DNA from: Octopus vulgaris
Lineage: Eukaryota
Reading direction: 5' to 3'
Assembly (NCBI GenBank): GCA_951406725.2
Contig: OX597832.1
Location: forward strand, 42,222,001 to 42,286,000
DNA: 64,000 nt
Below, piece by piece: positions 13,504 to 24,031 of this stretch (positions are counted from its first letter, which is position 1; the number at the start of each line of letters is the position of its first letter). The notes below the pieces were generated by a model. The model saw only the letters and a list, made by a program, of their open reading frames with translations. It had not been told where the DNA came from and searched no databases. The position numbers and the translations under genes are program-made.

Positions 13504-14419
13504 CTCTGGCTCGGGGACACAATTTGCTTTGGAGATACAAACCTAAGTCCAAAATATTTATTACAAACGAGGTCTTAAGGTTTTTGTTATTAATTTTTTT
13601 TTGTTCTTTGTTCTTTGAGAAGAAATCTGACTTAAGCTTCTTTGTACTCATCACTTTTTACTCACTGCTTTCTAAACCTGAGAGAAGTAAGCAGGGTTGC
13701 AAATTTTCATATGGCGTCCCCAAACAATTTTAGGAGGTGCGCATGCACCCCTGCATTCCCTGTTCCCGAGCCCATAAATGTGCGTGTGTGTGCGCGTGGC
13801 CAGGGGAAGTGAATGCTGACTTGTCTTATGAATTTTATCAACTTTTACCTACCACTTTGGGAAAGAGGCACACCTTCAATAATTTCTTTTGGAGCTCAGT
13901 TTTTTTTTTTTTACTTTTATAGAATATCTAATCCTTATGTACAACCGTACCCGGCTTTCCTGTTTCCAATGGGTTTGATAAAATAAATGCCAGTCAATTA
14001 CTGAAGTTGGTACAAGGGAGTACCTACCCGTTATGATCTTAAAGCAGAAATCAATGGTGACCCACAACTGGTTAAGCATGTTTCAGTTATAGTTGGTTGA
14101 GACGGTAACCGCTATAATGAATTGGTTAGTACCTTGCCAATTGTTTGTAACAAATGCACAGATGGGGCTAACATAATCAACGTGGTACCCTGCCCCAAAT
14201 GTTTTAAAATGAAAATTGCACGCATAATGACCAGAAAATATATAAACAATGCTTAAGACAATTCTGAGAGTTAAAATGATTAAAAGTTAAAGGAAGGCAT
14301 GCAATAGGAAATTAATTCATCTTTAGTAAATACAGTAACATTTTCGGATATGTTTCGGTATTATTAAACCTCTTCAGTGAAGCATAATCTTACTTGTACC
14401 TACCAAGCTTTATAATAGT

Positions 14420-14632
14420 TTTCAAAATTTCGCACAAGGCCAACAGTTTCGAGGGAAGCGGGTAAGTCGATTACATCGACTCCAATGTTAAACTGGTACT
14501 CATTTTATTGACCCTGAAAGAATGAAAGGCGCAGTCGACCTCGGCGACATTTGAACTCAGAACGTAAAGACGGACGAAATGCCGCTAAGCAATTTGCTTG
14601 GAGTACTGATCATTCTGCCATCTCGCCGCCTT
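14420..14632 (-). mobile_element. Family B SINE variant
   Basis: Reverse-complement homology to 2936-3100 (TTTGAACTCAGAACGTAA...TCGCCGCC). Confidence 0.8.
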
Positions 14633-14785
14633 ACAAAACTCTATAATAACTGTAAGAATATATAAAACTGCCTTGATTAGATTGAGGAAACATTCCTTGA
14701 TTAGGCAATTCAAAATTGAGAGAGAGAGAAGGAGAGAGAGAGAGGGAGAGGGAGAGAGAGAGAGAGAGTAAACTGGAATCTACTA

Positions 14786-15001
14786 TACGATGAGGTGTTG
14801 GAAAGTATCTGGCTTAAGGGTATCGCGAAAGGTCTGATTGGAGGCCCAACTTTCTGAGTTCTTTTAAAGGGTTTAGAAAAATTGAAGGACCGCTGTAATA
14901 AGTGTGTGAATCTGAGAGGGGAACATATTGCATAAAATCTTAACTGATCCTCTTGTATTTTATTTTACCCAAAGCCAGTAACTCTTCAGTACCCACTCGT
15001 A
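14786..15001 (+). mobile_element. Mariner-derived MITE
   Basis: Imperfect TIRs TACGATGAGGTGTTGGAAAGTATCTGGCT / AGCCAGTAACTCTTCAGTACCCACTCGTA with TA ends. Interior translates FFKGFRKIEG and, shifted, GLEKLKDRCNKCVNLRGEHIA*, resembling the mariner transposase C-terminus. Confidence 0.75.
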
Positions 15002-15892
15002 CACCGCTGCAGCATTTGAAAAACGGATGTAGTGTCGATTTAAATGATTCAGAGATAATATAGTGAAAAGACATCAAAACTGGCAATGATTGTAGATGTG
15101 TGTTTGTGTGTTTGGGTGTGTGTGAGTGCGTTTCAATAACGGGACATGGACTGACTGTAACAGGATAAAAGATGACAAAAGAATGTATTTCCTGATACAC
15201 AAACAAAAGGGCTGGTCACGAGTGGATTACTTTTCTTATAGGTCAGCTCAACCAGGGCTGACCAGCTGGTAAACAACAAAACTTCCAAAATTTGCAAAGT
15301 AGTTTGTTTGCGACATCAAACACCTGTGCTGCTGGTCACAATATTTTTATGCCATGTTTTATCTCGACGTTAAACTCAGCAATCACCCCCACACACACAG
15401 TATATATGTATGCATTTATATTGTGCGTATGTGTGTATATATGTGTATGATAGAAAAAAAACACGAGGTCAGTAGAATGTCGCTTGGTCATAGGCCTAGG
15501 TTTGGTTGATCAACCTATGCCGAGTTGAAGATTTATGCTGTAAGATCCGAAATACCCAGTGACTCCCAGGATATAACTCTGTCGATGTGTTCAAATACTG
15601 CATCTGTAGAGATAAGTTGAGCTTACACACATACACACACACAGTTTGTGTGTGTGTGTATATTTATATATATATATAACTAATGTAGGATAACATTTTT
15701 TTCGGGAAAAAAATTTATCAATGGCCAGCATATCAAAAAATATCTTTAAAGGTTAAATTTATCAATAATTTACAAAATAAGGGCAAAAGAAAAATTCTAA
15801 TGCCAAATATGCCGAAAAAAAGACAAAAATTGTCAATAACCATTATAATTTATGCGTCTCGAAACAAACCTATAGAAATATCTAAAAAATCC

Positions 15893-15960
15893 GTTATTAC
15901 CGTATTGGTCCGAATTTCGGGGTTAATTCACAAGAATTTTCCCCTCTTCAGCGATAAATA
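15893..15960 (-). ncRNA. Type I hammerhead ribozyme within a Penelope-like repeat (~15680-16050)
   Basis: Minus strand: UAUUUAUCG-CUGAAGA-GGGG..AAUUC uugu GAAUU..CCCC-GAAA-UU cggacc AA-UA|CGGUAAUA. All three stems can pair and the core is canonical. Confidence 0.75.
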
Positions 15961-16230
15961 CGTGAGATATAAGTGAAATACTCACTCATACTCATGGAAA
16001 AAGCAAGTACTAAGTCCTGAGCAGACCTAAGTACCCCAAATATATCCAAAATGTATATATATATATATATATTAGCTCAACTTTATACCTCAGATGCAGT
16101 ACTTGGATTCATCATTATTAGTGTTGTATCCTGCGAGTCATTGGCTATTTCGGATCTTACAGCATAAATCTTCAGAGAGTTGACTCGACCTACGTTGATC
16201 AAACAATTTTAGGACTATATCCAAACGGCA

Positions 16231-16231
<1 letters not shown>

Positions 16232-16303
<72 letters not shown>
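16232..16303. repeat. (TCTA)n microsatellite
   Basis: Direct reading. Confidence 0.97.
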
Positions 16304-16304
<1 letters not shown>

Positions 16305-16478
16305 TTCGCTAGGCATTGCGAGGCTAATAACCTGGTGTAGAACTCAATATACATATGCTTCAGAACGAAGCGTTAGTCGTGTTCAGAGCGGTAATAAGAA
16401 CGCATGAGAATACAAAGGATTACCTTATGAACTTCATAAATTTATAAGACAATTGTTTGTTTCTTTGTCGTCACATTT

Positions 16479-16523
<45 letters not shown>

Positions 16524-16526
<3 letters not shown>

Positions 16527-16717
16527 GAAATTTATAAATTAGGGTATCTATGAGATACCACCATGTTGAAAATAGCAGCCATGAACCGACTCTAAAACCA
16601 CCTTAAGTTTTCCCATATTGCTATATGGAAAAACTTAAAGTGGTTTTAGAGTCGGTTCATGGCTGCTATTTTCAGCATGGTGGTATCTCGTAGATACCCT
16701 AATTTATAAATTTTAAT
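16524..16717. repeat. Near-perfect palindrome, ~95-bp arms, 4-nt loop, between (TA)n tracts
   Basis: ATTTATAAATTAGGGTATCT...CCATAT-tgct-ATATGG...AGATACCCTAATTTATAAAT with only a few mismatches. Confidence 0.95.
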
Positions 16718-17554
16718 AATTATTACCTTTGAAGGTTATTTTTTCCATGCTGACCACTTGATGAGTTCGTTATTTTATTTTAAATTAACGATCTTATCCT
16801 TATATATATATATATATAGTTCCTTGAAAGCATCTGAGAAGATTACCACACACACACGCGCACACATACACTCACTCTAAGGGTAGCATTTTATATTTCG
16901 TGCAGTCTTATTTCTTCGTTTATAATAATTTTGAAAGTACGAAAAGTATATTGCTGACTGCTTGTATGTCAATATGTTGCTGATATTAGTTTTTTTTTGT
17001 GTTGATTTGCTTTTTTCTTTTTGCTGCTATCGGAACGAGTTGTAGATACACTCTAAAGTTGATTTTCATGAAATGGAAGCAAGCTGTGCTCTTATTTTTA
17101 TATTAATTTCGATATTTTTTCGTTAAATTCTTATTTACTGCTGTTTTCAACATTCATTTTGTGGTAACATACAGTTGACACCCGTCAATCGCAATGTCCA
17201 CATACTAAAATCGACTAAAAACCCCCCAAAAAAAAGCAACAAAAACAAAAAAAACAAAGCAAAAAACTCCCCTCCTCCTCCTCCTCCTCCTCCTCCTCCT
17301 CCTCCCCCTCCTCCTCCTCCATAAAAACAAACAAAAATACAAAACAAAACAAAAAATTCTATTTCTTCCAGTCAGATCTAACTGCAAATAAATGCAAAGT
17401 TTTGTTGAAGAATTTAGTCCAATATAACGTATGTGAACCCAAAACCCCTTCAGAATGGTACAGTGCTAACATATATTTTCAAGTGAATTCTAAATTTGTT
17501 AATGGATCGTTTGTTTGTAAACTAACAAATTATTCGTAAATTAAAATTTTACTC

Positions 17555-17908
17555 GTAAGAATTTTACCTCACAATCACATGGTTCTGGGTTCAGTCTGAC
17601 TGTGTGGCACCTTGGGAAAATGTTCACTACTATAGCTCCGGGTCGGCCAAAGCTATGTGAGTGCAGTTGGTCGACGGAAACTAAAGGAAAATCGTCTATA
17701 TGTGTGTGTGTGTATGTGTGTCTGATTCCCCACCTACCGCTTGACAACCGGTGTTAATGTGTTTACGTCCCCTTAGCAGTTCGACACAAGAGACTGATAG
17801 AATAAGTAGTAGGCTTTAAAAAGTGCCGATTCATTCGACGACTAAACAGTCTTCTAGGCAGTGCCCTAGCATGGCCGCAGTTTAATGACTGAAGCAAGTA
17901 AAAAAAAA
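17555..17908 (+). mobile_element. Family A SINE, degraded
   Basis: Homology to the other family A copies. Confidence 0.7.
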
Positions 17909-18185
17909 TTCTTTGGAAGCAAGGAATGGTGAAAACTCTTTGCAAAACAGACTCTTCTGTATCATTAATTTTTATATTATTCATATTGAAGGAATGAAAA
18001 GAGAACCGAAACCTGAGGGAGTACAAACGAGTTAAGAGAGGCCAGCTTAGTACTATAACACATTCAGAGGAGATGTGTTAACCAGCACCTGCTGCTCTCT
18101 TCAAGCTTATGTTAACCGTATTATTCAATCTAGTTACCCGCTTCGTACAGATTCTCAATTTATCTTTAAGTTCTCTCTCTCTCTC

Positions 18186-18585
18186 TATTTTACTCTTTTA
18201 CTTGTTTCAGTCATTTGACTGCGGCCATGCTGGAGCACCGCCTTTAGTCGAGCAACTCGACCCCGGGACTTATTCTTTTGTAAGCCCAGTACTTATTCTA
18301 TCGGTCTCTTTTGCCAAACCGCTAAGTGACGTGGACATAAACACACCAGCATCGGTTGTCAAGCAATGCTAGGGGGACAAACACAGACATACAAACACAC
18401 GCGCGCATATATATATATACATATATACGACGGGCTTCTTTCAGTTTCCGTCTACCGAATCCACTCACAAGGCTTTGGTCGGCCCGAGGCTATAGTAGAA
18501 GACACTTGCCCAAGGTGCCACGCAGTGGGACTGAACCCGGAACCATGTGGTTGGTAAACAACCTACTTATCACACAGACACTCCT
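18186..18585 (-). mobile_element. Family A SINE, near full length
   Basis: Head to tail present; high similarity to 20144-20500. Confidence 0.88.
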
Positions 18586-18849
18586 GGTTTTTTCTGCTTC
18601 GCAAAAATTGCACAAGTGTCAGATTTGATTTCTCATTGATCTGTACTTGGTAACATTCGAAACCTCCTACTATTTGGGACTGGTATGCCACACTACTCCA
18701 TGCATCAGTTTTTTTTGTTTTGTTTTGTTTCTTCTATACATTCCAACTCATTTATCACTAACATTAATCAGTTATTCGCCTTGAGCCGCCCCAGGAATCT
18801 CTACATCGTCGCTTGGCTTGACAAAAATGGCACGCACATCATACCTTAG

Positions 18850-19109
18850 CAGTATTTCACAACTATTTTTTTTTTACCTATGGACCCTTTTGATCCCTGT
18901 TTTGCTCAGATGGACCCTCATAGCCATTTGATGTTTTAAAAAATCGTATTATATTTTTATAATTAAATATCATTCGGAATTTTGTTACAAAAGTTGTTAA
19001 AATATTTTGTGCATTATAGAAGCATAACCAATGTATTGGAAATAAATGTTAGCAACAAAATCTTATATGGATCCCTAAGGGTCATATGAATCCCGGTTGA
19101 GAACCACAG
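18850..19109. mobile_element. Degraded hAT-like MITE
   Basis: Ends CAGTATTTCACAAC / GTTGAGAACCACAG, degenerate CAGTGGTTCTCAAC-type TIRs. Confidence 0.5.
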
Positions 19110-19534
19110 CTCTAGCCTTTTATAACAGAAAGAGACAGTGGACAGTGCAGTCTTAGATACATTCTGCCTAAAAAGGAAAAAAAAAAAACGGTATAGTTCA
19201 CAGATGGAACTCGTGTAAGCATAAGATTGATTGCTGGATTTGGGCTAAACACTCTATTCGCCTAGTTTCTTCAAACTTATCAGTTTTCTTGCAAATAATC
19301 TACACCTATCAGAACAAAATGTTAATACTTTTTGGGGATACATGTAAGGTATAATAATCCACCCATAGTAAACCCCATTCGTTCTAAAAAGTCAGGCTTT
19401 GGAGAATTAATCTTCGTGACTTAACAGTAAGGTCGCTGCTAACGTATTAATGGAGCAACCGCAGAAATTTTAATTTATTGAAGAATTGTACTCGTTGCAA
19501 GGAAAAAAATAATCATTAGCTTAATAATTCTTAT

Positions 19535-19732
19535 TTTGGCAAAAGTTCAGTAATTTTGAGGGGAAGGAGAGGGGCAAGCCGATTATATCGACCCCAATGC
19601 TTGATGGGTACTTTATTTTATTAACCACGGAAGGATGAAATGTAAATTTGATCTCAGAACGTAAAGATCCGAAAGAAATGTTGCCAAAAATTTTTTCCAG
19701 CGCTCTAACGATTCTGCCAACTCACCACCTTC
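19535..19732 (-). mobile_element. Family B SINE variant, degraded
   Basis: Homology to 14420-14632 and 39870-40082. Confidence 0.6.
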
Positions 19733-20143
19733 AATAATTAATTCTGGCCAATAAGGCATTTTATAAGTTACCTTTGTTTGATGATATTGCTGAGGCAGTC
19801 TAAGACCAAAATATGTTCAGAGTTGTTACTATACTACCAAAATCAGACCCCCCCCACTACTGCATTGCCCACATACTATGTTTAATTCAAATTTAGGAGT
19901 TATCTCTTGCATTTCTTACCAGAATTGTCGAGTTTTTCTCCTCATCACAGGAATAATCCTAATTAATTCCAATATCTTGGCTCACAACATTAAGCATCTT
20001 CGTACAGACCTTACTATTTGGTTTTCATGCAGAACGTATCCATGGGTATTTCCTCTTGTTTTGTCCTCATGACAAACTTGTTACAAATTGTAATAAGAAA
20101 ATTAAAATCACAAGTAGAGGATGATATTGTAAACCGGATCGTA

Positions 20144-20500
20144 TACTCTTACTTGTTTCAGTCATTTGACTGCGGCCATGCTGGAGCACCGCCTTTTTAG
20201 TCGAGCAAATCGACCCCGGGACTTATTCTTTGTAAGCCCAGTACTTATTCTATCGGTCTCTTTTGCCGAACCGCTAAGTGACAGGGACGTAAACACACCA
20301 GCATCGGTTGTCAAGCAATGCTAGGGGGACAAACACACACACACATATATATATATATACATATATACGACAGGCTTCTTTCAGTTTCCGTCTACCAAAT
20401 CCACTCACAAGGCATCGGTCGGCCCGGGGCTATAGCAGAAGACACTTGCACAAGATGCCACACAGTGGGACTGAACCCGCAACCATGTGGTTGGTTAGCA
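20144..20500 (-). mobile_element. Family A SINE
   Basis: High similarity to 18190-18560. Confidence 0.88.
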
Positions 20501-21003
20501 AAATAATTTTAGATTCATATGAGGAAGAATAACTTACTGACACATCGAGTAGTCATTTTAAATAATACGACAAATATAGAGATGACAAAAATTGTATTCT
20601 TAGATGTGACCTTAACATAAAAGATAATGTAGCCACATGATGTAGGAAAATAACAGCTCGAATATAGTTTCTGGCGATATTAAAAAACAGGTAGTTTTTA
20701 ATTGTCTAACGGTAAACACTACAAAACAAACCCCAAGGATAACATCTGGAAAAAGACTTTCGTCAAATGCTAGAATTTGTGAACTAGAGATTCAGTCAGA
20801 GAATCCTTTTGGAAATATTGGTCTCAAATTTTGGCACTAGGCCAGCAACTTTGTGAAAACGGCTAAGCCGATTAAATCGGGCCCAAAAGGATGAAAAACA
20901 AAGTCGACCTTGGTGGCATTTTCATTCTAGAAATATTAAACGAACCAGTTGCTAGTTTTTTTGTTTATACGCGTAGAAGTTGTTTTAGCTTTGATCGAAT
21001 ACA

Positions 21004-21400
21004 TCAAAGTTTCAAAGATGTTCCAGATATTTTGGGCTTCACTATCCAACTCAATTTTTTTTTTTTAAAGTGGTTTTTAAGACTTGAGAGAGATTTGGTC
21101 GATAATTCTTGCTGGTCGAACGACTGCGCTGGGGTTTCCTCGTTGACTGATTTAACGACAGTTTTAAGCAGTAACACATTGAGCGAGGATGGAATTGTGA
21201 CCATTGCAGTTCGGAAGGAAGGATCGAGCGTAGCGTTTAGCGTAAAGTATTTCCTTTGAAGGATGAACCTAGGTATTGAGGACATGTTAAGCTAGCACGG
21301 AGGTGAAGTTGACTCGTTGATTAATCTATATCAGATGCTTCTATAGTAGCACTCCGAAACAAATCTCAGTATGCTTTTTGTGATGTTCGAATAATGCAAA
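21004..21400 (-). pseudogene. Possible degraded hAT transposase remnant
   Basis: ORF 21004-21285 contains YFTLNATLDPSFR, resembling the hAT A.LLDPRFK motif; nothing else recognisable. Confidence 0.3.
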
Positions 21401-22593
21401 ATACTTTTACCGACACAACTTTTTGTCGTGGATGAAAGACTCACCTTTCAGGGAAGGAAAAAAAGAAAACAAACCAATCTTGTGACCATCAAGCCATTTC
21501 AAAATAGCAATAGCGGCGCAATTGAAATGAAATAATTTCTATCAGGGACGGAAGCTGGGTAACAGTCTTTCTTTCCGGAAGCTTACCACCTGTGATGCAG
21601 CATTCGTTAGTTTAGTTGAAGCATGGTTGGGGAAGAAATGTCCGTTTTCGACAAAAGATAAGTCAGACGTAAGACTTAAGCTAGATGTCACATTAGATTT
21701 AAAAACAAAAAAAAAAAAAAAAAGAAAAACATCGCTGGGACCGAATCAGGCTTTTTCAAACTACTTGGCACATTTTTGATCTAAAATATCTGTGTCCATC
21801 AAAAACGTGAGGACGAACGCTCGAGAAGCTTAAGATGGGTAAATGTAATTTGTGAGCCAGCAACTTAATTTATAAAGTCAAACTCTGGTTTATATCGCAA
21901 GTGACCAACGCCATATAAAAGGGAACTATTGCGTGGAAACATTTTTTGTGTGATTTAAGGGCATATCTAGGACTACATTATCCAGTACAGTAATTTATGA
22001 AAATTTGGTTGATATTTGCAGCACATCGAGCGACTGGGTAGAGATTCTCTTGTTTGACTGATTCGATGTTTCAATTGACAACTAACGTTAAAATAAAACA
22101 CGTAAGGAAGAAAGCTATTCTGGGGAACTGTCAGAGAAAGAAAAGATCAATAACTTTTGAAGGTCCCTCTCTAAACTGGTAAGCTTGATACAGTTGCTAT
22201 ACAGTCTTAAAAGGAAAATAATTGATTTGAGGTACAAGAAAGAGACGTCTGATTATTGATCAATTGGGGTCTTGGGATATTTGTATAGTAGTTCTTAAGC
22301 TTTATAAGATTATTTTCGAGCCCTGTAGAAGAAACCTAGCATTTGAGAGAGTTTTAGTAATGTGATTTTATATACCACGGATTCCCCTGTAACAGACAGG
22401 AGATGAGGGCTCTGCAATGTCTTGCTGAACAACCTGCACAGATGATCTGTTTGTGATCAAATGTTTGTGCTGTATATATTAATTAGCTCACTCTTCACTC
22501 AAAATTGACATTACCTGCACAGGTGCACAGTATGCCACACGTCAGGTGTTGAAGTGGTCGTAGCGTAAGTACGTTTGTGTGTGCGCGCATATA

Positions 22594-22635
<42 letters not shown>

Positions 22636-24031
22636 CACAACACACAAAAATTAGCGTGAGAATCCTCAAAGGTTGTGAAGTCTACCGTTTATATCTTTGA
22701 AAGTTTTAATTGTATGTTCTTTAGGACTTTCCTTTGTATGTAGTGTTTGTCTCTAAAGCTGCTGAAGGCGATTAAATTTATGCTTGCATTGGATATTTTT
22801 AAGTCTCCGATCTGGGAATTGGTGCACGTCTAGAATGGGGCTTCTTGGAATCATATGGATGGTGTCTATGCACAAAAAGCCAACGGTGTGTAAAAGATAA
22901 TGTCCTGTGTATAGATTTGCCCGTTGTTAGGTGCGAATGCGACACCAAGTACGTCCTTAAAGTTCATGAAAAACAAAAGGCATTACCAAAGCTCGGAGGA
23001 TACCAGAACGAATCAAAAAGAGACATCAGGATAATACTGACTGACAGCTTCAATTCCAAAAGCTGAAACTCATGGATAGACACCATGGAACAGGCCCCTT
23101 ATCCCAGATACGTCGAATGCTTGTTGATATGTGCAATTTTAATGACCTTGAAATTCTCTGGGCGATAGGTCTCCAGCACTGGAGCTCTACAAAAAAATAG
23201 GTGCTAGTAGTCAAAAGAAAATAAAGACAAGGCAGAGAAGTTCCCTTTGTAAAGGCTGGGCTTACTGAATTATTTCCAACAAGGTATCAACTGCTTTTTC
23301 TGGTAGTGATCTTGTTGGATCGTTGTGACAGGCAAAACCTTTCAACTGATGGATTTAAATAGCATTCCCTGCTGCTGCTACTGCAGGTTGCCACGTTTAA
23401 GTGTGAAATTGAGCTATATTTCACAATAGCACCAGTTTTCATAATAGCCTGTTCTAATTTACAGGAATTGCATCAGAAACAAATTCCACACAAGTTGCAA
23501 GAAAAATAAAAGATCAATGTATAAGAAACTTGATAGCTGTATAGAATAGGACAGGTTTAAGAGCTGCTACATAACTAAATACTGCAGTGCATCTTGTCCA
23601 ATACTGATTCTGTGAACCATTTGAGTTGAAAATATGTAACATCACAATTAAAATGATGCTATATCTAATTAAAAAAAAAAAAAAATCAACAGGCTAGATA
23701 AGTTGAGAAGGCACAAGTTGAATCATACGTTAGAAAGCTGACTAAACAGGAAACATGTTGCTAAAATTTACTGGCCAAAATAGGTATTCGGAGTAAATTT
23801 ATACCATGATGTCAAAACTTTAAATGGACTAAAGAAAAGTCAGATGTCTGCAGTATATATATAGTCTGGTTGGCTACGTAAACGAGACGGCAACCAAAAA
23901 TAAGAAATGGAAGCCGGCTTGCTATATTGAAAGTAGTTGGGCAGGGTTCAAAGCGTTAGGAAATCTTAACACAAAGAAATGAACTAAGACATTTGTTTTT
24001 CACATTATTTCATATTTTTTTTTCGTTCACA

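Noticed and set aside
13170-13733. CV/HT-repeat ORFs resembling metal-binding proteins
   Set aside because: (GT)n microsatellite artefacts.
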